IMG/VR virus record: IMGVR_UViG_3300025114_000026
Coordinates: 1-30,107 of that record
DNA from: a virus
Taxonomy: Duplodnaviria > Caudoviricetes
Length of the DNA: 30,107 nt
Strand: one strand, 5' to 3'
Numbering within the stretch: the stretch's first letter is position 1; every line of letters starts with the position of its first letter. A program made the position numbers and the translations under genes. Below the pieces are notes generated by a model that had not been told where the DNA came from, did not search any database, and saw only the letters and a program-made list of their open reading frames with translations. Below, one piece after another: positions 1 to 8,898 of this stretch.

Positions 1-2
1 AA

Positions 3-1340
3 ATGAAGAATGACGCATATGATAAAAAGATGTCAATGAAAGAAAAATTAGATTTAACAGAATATGTAAATCTATTAGTTACAAATAAACCGTATAACGG
101 AAAGGAGTTATTATTAATGGGCGGAGCATATGGACATATGAATCATCCCTTTGATGACAAAAATCTTACATTTTCGGATTTAAAGAACATAGTTATTATA
201 GGACTCGGTGGTCAGCTTAGTCGTGAAGATAATGTTACTGAGAAACTTGATGGTCAGAATCTAATGGTTTCTTGGGTAAAAGGAAAGTTAGTTACAGCAC
301 GAAACAAAGGTCAGTTAAAGAATTTCGGTTCAACAGCAATGGATATTAAAGGTGTCGCCTCTAAATTTGCAGGTAGAGGTGATATTAAAGATGCTTTTGT
401 TTTTGCAATGAAAGATTTAAATAAATCTATAAGTTCATTGTCAGATAAACAAAAAGAAAAAGTTTTTGGTAACGGTAAAAGATGGATGAATCTTGAAGTT
501 ATATATCCAGCATCTGCTAATGTAATAGATTATGATAAAGCTCAAATAGTATTTCATGGGACATTGGAATATAATGAAAGTGGTACTGCGATAGGACAAG
601 CTAAAGATTCAGCTCGTATGTTAGCGGGAATGATTAAACAGGTTAATCAGCATGTACAAAAACATTATGCGATAGGTAAACCACACTTTTTAGAAGTACC
701 TAAAGTACAAGATTTTGGGAAAAAGAAAAAAGTTTATTTAAATAAATTAAAGAAGTTACAAAATCAATACAAATTAAAAGACAATGATACATTATCTAAA
801 TATCATCAGTCATTTTGGGAAGAATTTATCTTTAATGCGTCAAAACAACATAAGTATAAAATATCAAATAGAGTTTTAGTTAATTTGACTAAAAGATGGG
901 CTTTCCTTGATAAATCGTATAAAGTACAAATGATGAAAAAAGATATAAAGAATAAAGAATTTTTAAATTGGGCACTTGCATTTGATAAAAACGATCATCA
1001 AAAATGGGTAAAACAGAATATGAAACCGTTTGAAGTATTGTTTTTTGATGTGGGTGCAGAGATATTAAAGAATATAAGTGGTTATTTAGCAGCATCACCT
1101 AAGACTGCAGTGCAAAAAATAAGAAAAGATGTAATTAATGCAATTAAAACAGTAAAAAGTGGTGGTGATATTAAAAAGATAGAAACTTTAAAACAACAGT
1201 TAAGTAAATTAGAAAAAATAGGTGGATTATCATCAGTTGTACCATCAGAAGGTATAGTGTTTAAATATAAAGGTAATACTTACAAGTTTACAGGAGCTTT
1301 TGCACCTGTAAATCAGATTGTAGGTTTATTAAATTTTTAG
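3..1340 (+). CDS. Putative ATP-dependent ligase-superfamily nucleotidyltransferase (RNA-ligase-like, possibly DUF6267-like); may be N-terminally truncated by the window edge
   Basis: Motif I-like TEKLDGQN (KxDG, nt 237-254), NLEVIY and IVFHG (motif III/IIIa-like), EGIVFK...YKFTG (motif IV/V-like, from nt 1248), N-terminal GHMNHPFD. The frame is open from the window start. Confidence 0.6.
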   Translation: MKNDAYDKKMSMKEKLDLTEYVNLLVTNKPYNGKELLLMGGAYGHMNHPFDDKNLTFSDLKNIVIIGLGGQLSREDNVTEKLDGQNLMVSWVKGKLVTARNKGQLKNFGSTAMDIKGVASKFAGRGDIKDAFVFAMKDLNKSISSLSDKQKEKVFGNGKRWMNLEVIYPASANVIDYDKAQIVFHGTLEYNESGTAIGQAKDSARMLAGMIKQVNQHVQKHYAIGKPHFLEVPKVQDFGKKKKVYLNKLKKLQNQYKLKDNDTLSKYHQSFWEEFIFNASKQHKYKISNRVLVNLTKRWAFLDKSYKVQMMKKDIKNKEFLNWALAFDKNDHQKWVKQNMKPFEVLFFDVGAEILKNISGYLAASPKTAVQKIRKDVINAIKTVKSGGDIKKIETLKQQLSKLEKIGGLSSVVPSEGIVFKYKGNTYKFTGAFAPVNQIVGLLNF

Positions 1341-1342
1341 TT

Positions 1343-1891
1343 ATGTCAGGATATAGAGAAAGAGTACGACAAAATAAGGCGATGCAGTCTATTTTAAGGG
1401 GAGAAACACCTGAAAAGAGAATTTTTGTTCCACAAGAAGATTTAGAATTTAAGAAGAAATTACAGAAAGAAAAAGAAATAGAACAAAAAAGAGTTGATGA
1501 AAAATTAGAAGTGACTAAAGAAGCTAGGATGCCTTGGTTCTGTTCAGAATGTAAAAAAGTAATGAAAAGACAATTAGATGAAAAAATGTGGTATTTATAT
1601 CAACATTGTTTTGATTGTCAAATAAAAGTAGAAAATAAAATGAGAATTGACGGTACATATAATGAGTGGGAACAAGAAAAAGTAAAGCAAAATAAGTTAT
1701 CATGGATAAGAGATGAAATAGAAAAACTTAAAGAGTTTAAAAAACAAGAAATACCGACATTTTATAATCAGGTAGCTGCAGATGGATATACAGTTGATAA
1801 AGAAAACTGGGAAGGTAACTTTAAACAACTTAAAAAACAGGCGGATGAGGCTTTAAAACATTTACAAAAAGTAGAGGATTCTTTAACATAG
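1343..1891 (+). CDS. Hypothetical zinc-finger protein with coiled-coil segments
   Basis: 182-aa ORF with CSEC...HCFDC Cys pairs, starting 2 nt after the upstream stop. Confidence 0.75.
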   Translation: MSGYRERVRQNKAMQSILRGETPEKRIFVPQEDLEFKKKLQKEKEIEQKRVDEKLEVTKEARMPWFCSECKKVMKRQLDEKMWYLYQHCFDCQIKVENKMRIDGTYNEWEQEKVKQNKLSWIRDEIEKLKEFKKQEIPTFYNQVAADGYTVDKENWEGNFKQLKKQADEALKHLQKVEDSLT

Positions 1892-1892
1892 A

Positions 1893-1901
1893 ATATTTAT
1901 A
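1893..1901 (+). promoter_or_regulatory. Putative late promoter motif ATATTTATA
   Basis: The same ATATTTAT core occurs in all six intergenic gaps longer than 40 nt. Confidence 0.65.
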
Positions 1902-1935
1902 TATACATGAATATTAATTATTTGGGAGAAATTAA

Positions 1936-2265
1936 ATGGCAAATATAACAACTGATGCATACGGTTCTACGATTTCACGAGGATCGCACGGTAAAACTGA
2001 TGTATCAAGTCATAAAGCGGCTACTATATCAGATGACGCTAAGTTTAGTAGAATTAAAAGTCAAACATCTGGTTCAACGTGGTACACTGCTTCATTGGCA
2101 GGTTCAAGTGGATTTATAGTACAAGAGGCAGCTGCAGGTGAAATGTTTATTACACCTGTTGATGGTGACGCGGTTGACGCTTCAGCTTTTACATTAAAAA
2201 CATTATATGAAATTGGTGTAAAACAAGTAAGTGGTAGTGGTGGAATTGTACACGTAGTATATTAA
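1936..2265 (+). CDS. Small Ser/Gly-rich putative virion protein
   Basis: 109 aa, GGAG SD upstream, follows a putative late promoter, contains TSGS, TAS and VSGS motifs like the other structural proteins. Confidence 0.7.
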   Translation: MANITTDAYGSTISRGSHGKTDVSSHKAATISDDAKFSRIKSQTSGSTWYTASLAGSSGFIVQEAAAGEMFITPVDGDAVDASAFTLKTLYEIGVKQVSGSGGIVHVVY

Positions 2266-2266
2266 T

Positions 2267-3850
2267 ATGGAACGTAATTCCAAAGGACAGATAAAAGATG
2301 TAATTAAACAGGAGTACATAAAGTGCGCTTCAGATCCTGTTTATTTTATGAAAAAGTATTGTGTAATTCAACACCCAATACAGGGAAAGATACCTTTTCA
2401 TTTATATCATTTTCAAGAAAAAGTAGTTGAAGATTTAGTACAACACCGCTTTAATATTGTATTGAAAGCAAGACAGTTGGGTATGTCAACTATTACAGCA
2501 GGTTATTCGCTTTGGATGATGACATTTCATCAAGATAAAAATATATTAGTAATTGCTACTAAACAAGAGGTTGCCAAAAATTTAGTAACAAAAGTTAGAG
2601 TGATGCATGCTAATCTACCAAGTTGGTTAAAACAAAGATGTGTTGAAGATAATAAGTTGTCATTAAGGTATAAAAATGGTTCTCAAATAAAAGCAGTTTC
2701 AAGTGGTGAAGACAGCGCTCGTTCAGAAGCATTATCTTTATTAGTATTAGATGAAGCGGCATTTATTGATAAGATTGATACAATATGGGCTGCAGCGTCA
2801 CAGACACTTTCTACAGGTGGTCAATGTATTACATTATCTACACCAAATGGTGTTGGAAATTGGTTTCATAAAACTTGGGTAGAGGCTGAAGACGGATTGA
2901 ATGATTTTAATTTTGCAAGATTACATTGGACATTACATCCTGATAGAGATCAAGAGTGGAGAGATGAACAAGATAAATTATTAGGTCCTACATTAGCGGC
3001 TCAAGAATGTGATTGTGATTTTATCACTTCTGGACAATCAGTAATTGACGGTCTTATTTTAGAAGAATACAGAACTACACAAATTAAAGACCCAGTTGAA
3101 AAACGGGGTATTGATAGTAATGTATGGATATGGGAACCAGCTAATTATACAAAAGATTATATAATATGTGCAGATGTTAGTAGAGGAGATGCAACAGATT
3201 ATTCGGCATTTCATATACTTGAATTAGAAAGCGTAGAACAAGTAGCAGAATATAAAGGTCGTTTAAGTACAAGAGATTATGGTAACTTATTAGTAAATAT
3301 GGCAATAGAATATAACAATGCATTGTTAGTAATTGAAAATAATAATATTGGTTGGGCTGCTATACAACAAGTAATTGACAGAGAATATGAGAATTTATTT
3401 TATATGTCAAAAGATTTACGATATGTGGATACACATAAACAAATAAATAATAAAATTAATAGAATGGAAAAACAAATAATACCAGGATTTACTTTAACAC
3501 AGAAAACAAGACCGTTAGTTATAGCTAAATTAGAAGAATTTTTTAGAGAGAAGTTATCAATAGTACATTCACAGAGACTTATTGATGAATTATTTGTATT
3601 TATTTATAATGGTAATAGAGCAGAAGCTATGAGAGGCTATAACGATGATTTAGTTATGTCTTATGCAATGGGTTTGTGGATTAGAGAAACTGCTCTTAGA
3701 TTACGAGCTGAAGGTATTGAATTACAAAAGAAAGCTGTAAGCGGTATTAATTCAAATCAAGGCGCTTATACACCAATGGATAATCAAAATGATTCTTGGG
3801 TTATGGATGTAAATAAAGAACAAGAATCGTTAGAATGGTTAATAAACTAA
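2267..3850 (+). CDS. gp17: Terminase large subunit (T4 gp17-like)
   Basis: Walker A region LKARQLGMST, Walker B LLVLDEAAF, coupling motif LSTPNG, RNase H-type nuclease motifs ADVSRG, DYSA and NDDLVMS; directly upstream of the portal. Confidence 0.96.
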   Translation: MERNSKGQIKDVIKQEYIKCASDPVYFMKKYCVIQHPIQGKIPFHLYHFQEKVVEDLVQHRFNIVLKARQLGMSTITAGYSLWMMTFHQDKNILVIATKQEVAKNLVTKVRVMHANLPSWLKQRCVEDNKLSLRYKNGSQIKAVSSGEDSARSEALSLLVLDEAAFIDKIDTIWAAASQTLSTGGQCITLSTPNGVGNWFHKTWVEAEDGLNDFNFARLHWTLHPDRDQEWRDEQDKLLGPTLAAQECDCDFITSGQSVIDGLILEEYRTTQIKDPVEKRGIDSNVWIWEPANYTKDYIICADVSRGDATDYSAFHILELESVEQVAEYKGRLSTRDYGNLLVNMAIEYNNALLVIENNNIGWAAIQQVIDREYENLFYMSKDLRYVDTHKQINNKINRMEKQIIPGFTLTQKTRPLVIAKLEEFFREKLSIVHSQRLIDELFVFIYNGNRAEAMRGYNDDLVMSYAMGLWIRETALRLRAEGIELQKKAVSGINSNQGAYTPMDNQNDSWVMDVNKEQESLEWLIN

Positions 3851-3860
3851 AGAGGTAAAA

Positions 3861-5711
3861 ATGGCTGATACAACATTAAGAAGTAGATTACGAAGACTAT
3901 TTTCAACAAATGTAATTGTTAGAAATGTAGGAGGTAAACGTTTAAAAGTTGCCGATACGAGTCGAACACAATCTACAGCAAGAAGCAATCTTATTGATAG
4001 ATATCAAAAAATATTCACAGGATCAGGTTTGAGTGGTTATTCAGATTCGATGTTAACGAAGTCAATGAGGTTGAATTTGTTTAAAGATTATGAATCAATG
4101 GATAATGACGCAATTATTTCTTCTGCACTTGATATTTACGCAGATGAGTCTACAATGAAATCTGAGTATGGAGAAGTTTTAGAAATTAAAACAGATAACA
4201 ATCAAATTAAAGAAATATTACATAATTTATTTTATGATATTATTAACATTGAATTTAATCTTTGGCCTTGGGTTCGTAATATGTGTAAATATGGTGATTT
4301 CTTTTTAAAATTAGAAATTGATGAAAAATATGGTATTACTAATGTAGTCCCATTATCAGTTTATGATGTGTCAAGATTAGAAGGACTGGATCCAGAAAAT
4401 CCTGAGTATGTTAAATTTTTAATAGAAGCTATGACATCTCAACATAGATATAAATCTGAACAGTCAAGTACGAGAGAAGAGTTAGAAAATTATGAAGTAG
4501 CTCATTTTAGATTACTATCTGATTCTAATTATCTCCCATACGGTAAATCACAAGTTGAAGGTGGTCGTAAAATTTGGAAACAGTTAACTCTTATGGAAGA
4601 CGCTATGTTAATTCATAGAATTATGAGAGCACCTGAAAAAAGAATTTTTAAAATTGATATTGGTAATATTCCACCTGCAGAAGTTGATAACTATATGCAA
4701 AAAATTGTAAATAAAATGAAAAAGGCTCCAGTTGTAGAAGAAGGAACAGGTGATTACAATTTAAAATATAACATGCAAAATATTACTGAAGATTTCTTCT
4801 TACCAGTTCGTGGTGGTGATAGTGGAACAAGTATAGATTCACTACCTGGATTAACTTATGAAGCAACAGAAGACATTGAATATTTGAAAAATAAATTATT
4901 ATCTTCACTTCGTATTCCTAAAGCATTTCTTGGATATGAAGAGGAAGTAGGTTCAAAAGCAACATTAGCAGCAGAGGATGTTAGATTTGCTCGTACTATT
5001 GAAAGAGTTCAACGAATAACTTTATCTGAATTAACAAAGATAGCTATAGTTCATTTGTACGCACAAGGATATACAGACGCAGATTTAGTTAATTTTGAAT
5101 TAGAATTAACGAATCCATCTACTATTTATGAAGAAGAAAAACTTGAATTATGGGACAAGAAAACTTCTTTAGCTACAGATATGATTAGTAACGGTATCGT
5201 TTCATCAGAATGGGTTTATAAAAATATTTATGGATTTACAGAAGAAGAAATTGTAGAAATGGATAAACAGAAGGTTTTAGATTACAGAACTAAATATAGA
5301 AGAGATCAAATTGAGACTGAAGGTAATGACCCAGCAGAAAGTGGACAATCAGTAGGATCACCATCTGATTTAGCAATGGGTAGAACAGGTCATGAATTAA
5401 ATGATTTGGGTCCTGAAGGTGGTTCACCACCTGGAGGTTGGGACGGTGCAGGACGACCGAAAGAAGGTGGTAAATATGGAAAAGATAGTGGTGCAAGAGG
5501 TAGAGACCCATTGGGAGCTCACGATATGAAAAAAGGCGGTAGTAGTTCACGTAAATATGGAAAACCTTTAGCATTAGCACACTATGATAAACTAAAAAAA
5601 TCAATGAATTTTGGTAAATATGAGAAAAAAATAATAAATGAAGCATCAGAAGTTGAAGAAGAGTATAAGAATGAGGTAAGTTCTTTAAATGACGATATAT
5701 CAACTGACTAA
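3861..5711 (+). CDS. gp20: Portal protein (T4 gp20-like) with Gly/Pro/Lys-rich C-terminal extension
   Basis: Motifs QLTLMEDAMLIHRIMRAPEKRIFKIDIGNIP, EDFFLPVRGG and DIEYLKNKLLSSLRIP; AGAGG SD. Confidence 0.96.
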   Translation: MADTTLRSRLRRLFSTNVIVRNVGGKRLKVADTSRTQSTARSNLIDRYQKIFTGSGLSGYSDSMLTKSMRLNLFKDYESMDNDAIISSALDIYADESTMKSEYGEVLEIKTDNNQIKEILHNLFYDIINIEFNLWPWVRNMCKYGDFFLKLEIDEKYGITNVVPLSVYDVSRLEGLDPENPEYVKFLIEAMTSQHRYKSEQSSTREELENYEVAHFRLLSDSNYLPYGKSQVEGGRKIWKQLTLMEDAMLIHRIMRAPEKRIFKIDIGNIPPAEVDNYMQKIVNKMKKAPVVEEGTGDYNLKYNMQNITEDFFLPVRGGDSGTSIDSLPGLTYEATEDIEYLKNKLLSSLRIPKAFLGYEEEVGSKATLAAEDVRFARTIERVQRITLSELTKIAIVHLYAQGYTDADLVNFELELTNPSTIYEEEKLELWDKKTSLATDMISNGIVSSEWVYKNIYGFTEEEIVEMDKQKVLDYRTKYRRDQIETEGNDPAESGQSVGSPSDLAMGRTGHELNDLGPEGGSPPGGWDGAGRPKEGGKYGKDSGARGRDPLGAHDMKKGGSSSRKYGKPLALAHYDKLKKSMNFGKYEKKIINEASEVEEEYKNEVSSLNDDISTD

Positions 5712-5726
5712 TTATTGTGTAACTTT

Positions 5727-5734
5727 ATATTTAT
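5727..5734 (+). promoter_or_regulatory. Putative late promoter motif ATATTTAT
   Basis: Recurrent intergenic motif, upstream of the 289-aa gene. Confidence 0.65.
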
Positions 5735-5768
5735 TTATGACGTACTATAAACAGTGGAGTAATGGATA

Positions 5769-6638
5769 ATGGCTCGAAAACTAAAACATTCAAAGATAAA
5801 GAATACAGGTATTCTTTTTGAATTATTAACAAGACAGATAACGGCAGACGTATTGGCCGGTAAAAGTACAAAATCAGTAAAGATAGTAAAAAAATACTTT
5901 AATGAAAATAGTGAACTTGGAAAAGAACTCCAATTATACCGTTTACTTTTAGAAAAACATTACGAATCTGAGAATAGAGCAAGTCAATTACTTGATGCTG
6001 TCTTAGAATCAAGACAGAGATTAAGTAATTCTAAACTTCGTCGTGAAAAATATAACTTAATCAAAGAAATAAAAGAAAATTATAACGCAAGTGATTTTTT
6101 TAACGGCCGTATTACTAACTATAGACTATTAGCTTCAGTATATAATATATTTTTAGTTGAAAGTACTCCTATAATTTTTAATCCAGAAGCTGTTATAGAT
6201 TCTAAATTTACTATTTTAGAACATATTACAAGTAAGAAAGTTAGTTCTAAAGAAGCTAAAGAAAAAGTTTTAAAAGAATATAATAAATCAGATAAAGATT
6301 TAAGGTTACTGGCGTACGAAATTCTTGTAGATAAATTTAATCAAAAATACAAGACATTAAATGAAGCACAAAAAAATCTATTAAAAAATTATATTAATAA
6401 TGTTAGTAATACAAATTCTTTACGTGACTTTGTTGATGAAGAAGCACAAAAGCTTGAAACAGAATTAAAAGTTAATTTACCAAAAGTAACTGATCAAGTT
6501 ACTAAAATAAAATTAACCGAAGCGATTAATCAGATAAGTAATTTAACAAGAGGTAAACTTGTTAATGAAAAACAGGTTTTAACTTTAATGAGATATTATG
6601 AACTTGTCAAGGAGCTTGAAAATGTCCACAAAAGTTGA
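5769..6638 (+). CDS. Hypothetical head-assembly-region protein (helical, possible prohead core component)
   Basis: 289-aa ORF between portal and protease, with a GGAG SD. Function inferred from position only. Confidence 0.75.
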   Translation: MARKLKHSKIKNTGILFELLTRQITADVLAGKSTKSVKIVKKYFNENSELGKELQLYRLLLEKHYESENRASQLLDAVLESRQRLSNSKLRREKYNLIKEIKENYNASDFFNGRITNYRLLASVYNIFLVESTPIIFNPEAVIDSKFTILEHITSKKVSSKEAKEKVLKEYNKSDKDLRLLAYEILVDKFNQKYKTLNEAQKNLLKNYINNVSNTNSLRDFVDEEAQKLETELKVNLPKVTDQVTKIKLTEAINQISNLTRGKLVNEKQVLTLMRYYELVKELENVHKS

Positions 6639-7071
6639 ACTTTTAAGAAAATTTATTAGAGAAGTTATCAGGCAGGAGTTAAAATTACACGAAGCTTCTG
6701 TAACAGGTGCAATTGATGGTGGAGAAGGTCCACCTAAAACACCTTATGCATTCCAGGGAAAAAAGAAAAAAGATAAAGAAAAAGAAAATAAGATAGCAAC
6801 TAATTCTACTGGATATAGTAAAGTAAATGAAGGTAAATACCACGATTACAGAAATGATGAAACTCTAACAGCAAAACAAAAAATTGGGTATTCTATGAGA
6901 GAGATTCGAGACCATCTTGCAGAAATTGATAAATTGACAAAGATGAATGTAAGATTAAAGAATGAGATGGGTGTTGATTCGAGATCATATTGGAAGAATA
7001 CACATAAAGCGATGAGAAAAATTAGTGAGAGATTAGTAAAGTTAGCAAATAAAGTCGGTCAACTTTATTAA
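6622..7071 (+). CDS. Putative prohead core/internal head protein (149 aa; start moved from 6598 to 6622)
   Basis: AGGAG at 6610-6614 precedes the in-frame ATG at 6622. Leader LRKFIREVIRQELKLHE|A and internal VNE|G resemble protease sites. Confidence 0.75.
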   Translation: MSTKVELLRKFIREVIRQELKLHEASVTGAIDGGEGPPKTPYAFQGKKKKDKEKENKIATNSTGYSKVNEGKYHDYRNDETLTAKQKIGYSMREIRDHLAEIDKLTKMNVRLKNEMGVDSRSYWKNTHKAMRKISERLVKLANKVGQLY

Positions 7072-7079
7072 TCTTTATT

Positions 7080-7283
7080 ATGAACAAGCCATCTTGGAAT
7101 GAGGATGGACTTAATTTTTTGGGAAAGCTTTTAAGTCTATCTAATTTAAAACGCCGCTGGTTAATTGAAGAGACTAAAATAAAAGGTCAAGAACCTAATA
7201 AAGTTGAAACAATTAAATTTATAGATAAGTGGATACGAAAATTAGAGACTTTAAAAGACGAGATTATTAGAACACGGAGTTAG
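7080..7283 (+). CDS. Hypothetical 67-aa protein
   Basis: Fills the gap between two operon genes with 8-nt spacers on both sides. Confidence 0.7.
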   Translation: MNKPSWNEDGLNFLGKLLSLSNLKRRWLIEETKIKGQEPNKVETIKFIDKWIRKLETLKDEIIRTRS

Positions 7284-7291
7284 GTGTAATT

Positions 7292-7906
7292 ATGAGACAA
7301 CTTATAGTAGATTACTTACCATTTGAGGTAAGACAGGAACAAATTACTGAATCCATGAAAAAAAATGATGGAAAATTGATTGTACGCGGAGTTTTACAAA
7401 GAGCAGAAGCAGAAAATCAAAATGGTAGAATATATCCGAAAGAAATTTTAGAACGAGAAGCTACAAAATATGCAAAAGAGTTTATAGCAGAAAGTAGAGC
7501 TATGGGTGAATTAGATCATCCAGAGTCGTCTGTAGTGAATTTACAGAATGTTTCTCATAATATAAAAGATATGCATTGGGAAGGTGATAATCTATTAGGT
7601 AAAGTAGAAGTTTTAGGAACACCTGCAGGTAATATTTTAAAAGAATTATTTAAATCAGGAATTAAACTTGGTATTAGTTCACGAGGTATGGGTTCAGTAG
7701 AAACTATTGGTGAAGCTGAAGATGGCGCACAAACTACACAAGTACAACCTGATTTTGAATTGATAGCATTTGACTTTGTTTCTAATCCATCAACACACGG
7801 AGCATTTATGCATCCCATGAATGAAGGAATTGAACCTGTTAGTGGTAGAACGTGTGGAGTATATTGTAAAGCAGAATCTATTATTAATGATATAATGAGA
7901 GGTTAA
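7292..7906 (+). CDS. gp21: Prohead core protease (T4 gp21-like)
   Basis: NQNGRIYP, GELDHP (catalytic His), GISSRGMGS (catalytic Ser), FDFVSNPS. Confidence 0.95.
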   Translation: MRQLIVDYLPFEVRQEQITESMKKNDGKLIVRGVLQRAEAENQNGRIYPKEILEREATKYAKEFIAESRAMGELDHPESSVVNLQNVSHNIKDMHWEGDNLLGKVEVLGTPAGNILKELFKSGIKLGISSRGMGSVETIGEAEDGAQTTQVQPDFELIAFDFVSNPSTHGAFMHPMNEGIEPVSGRTCGVYCKAESIINDIMRG

Positions 7907-7919
7907 CGAGAGAAAACTT

Positions 7920-8279
7920 ATGATTAAATTAAAAAATTTATTGAAAGAAGGGGCTGTATGGGATAGAGCGTTTGGTGAACCATTACCAACATTAAAAGGT
8001 ATTATGGAAAAACATAATGATTGTGGTTGTGGTGGAACAACCTCTTGTAGTTGTGAATCTGTAACAGAAGATGTAAAAGATGTAGTTAAAGTTAAAAAAC
8101 TGGGACATAAGTTAGGAACTGTTGAAGGTAAACTTCGTAAGGTAATGTATGATTTAGAACAACGATTTCAAGCAGATACAGTTAATTTTAAATTACAAAA
8201 ACCCCTAAAAGATTCATATAAGAAACACGTAACAGCTTTTATGAGAGATGCTATGTCTCTTATAAAGAAGGCAAAATAA
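7920..8279 (+). CDS. Putative internal head protein with MIKLKNLLKE leader and Cys-rich linker
   Basis: First ~32 aa are homologous to those of 10658..11044 (DRxFGEPLPTLKxxMEKH), followed by CGCGGTTSCSC and ESVTE. Confidence 0.7.
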   Translation: MIKLKNLLKEGAVWDRAFGEPLPTLKGIMEKHNDCGCGGTTSCSCESVTEDVKDVVKVKKLGHKLGTVEGKLRKVMYDLEQRFQADTVNFKLQKPLKDSYKKHVTAFMRDAMSLIKKAK

Positions 8280-8552
8280 ATGATAAGTTTAAAGTCATTA
8301 CTTAAAAATATGAAAGAGGCTAAAGTTACTAAACCTCAAAAAGGAGTTGAAACTCCTTTAGACGCAAAAGTACAAATACCTGGTTATGGTGTAATGACAA
8401 GAAAACAACTTCAACAGAATATTAAAAGATTTGTAGGTGATGTTAACACTCACGTGAAAAAAGGAGAATCAGGTAAAGCACTTGCTCTATTGTATAAACG
8501 TGGAGTTTTAAAAGCTTTTTTAGAAACAGACCTCGCCCATTCAGGAGAATAA
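8280..8552 (+). CDS. Putative internal head protein (MISLKSLLKNMKE leader)
   Basis: 90-aa basic ORF abutting the upstream stop, with a leader like its neighbours. Confidence 0.7.
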   Translation: MISLKSLLKNMKEAKVTKPQKGVETPLDAKVQIPGYGVMTRKQLQQNIKRFVGDVNTHVKKGESGKALALLYKRGVLKAFLETDLAHSGE

Positions 8553-8553
8553 A

Positions 8554-8898
8554 ATGTCGAAATATAAAAATATGATGTATCGTTGGCGTGAGTGGAGACT
8601 CAATGAAGCTGTAAAAGTACAAGGTGGTTCTGACCCACTTACAGTTCAAAAAAGTTTACATGACGCATTTAAACAATTAGAAAATAATGGTATGTGGGAC
8701 TGGGGATATACAGAGTCAGATCAATATGGTTGGAATGACTATAATAATTTTCGTAAAATGACTGATGAATATAATAAAGGTATGTTGAAAATTGGTAAAC
8801 AAGTTGAAGGTATCTCAAAACAATTAGATGATATGTGGAAAACATATAATAAGATTTATGAAAAGTGGCGTAAAAAAGATGGTCCTAGGACAAACTAA
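8554..8898 (+). CDS. Putative internal head protein, Trp/Tyr-rich
   Basis: AGGAG SD; basic leader ending RLNE|A. Confidence 0.7.
   Translation: MSKYKNMMYRWREWRLNEAVKVQGGSDPLTVQKSLHDAFKQLENNGMWDWGYTESDQYGWNDYNNFRKMTDEYNKGMLKIGKQVEGISKQLDDMWKTYNKIYEKWRKKDGPRTN

Noticed and set aside
6598-6621. ORF-track start at 6598 for the 157-aa protein
   Set aside because: The AGGAG SD at 6610-6614 supports ATG 6622, which also reduces the overlap with the upstream gene.
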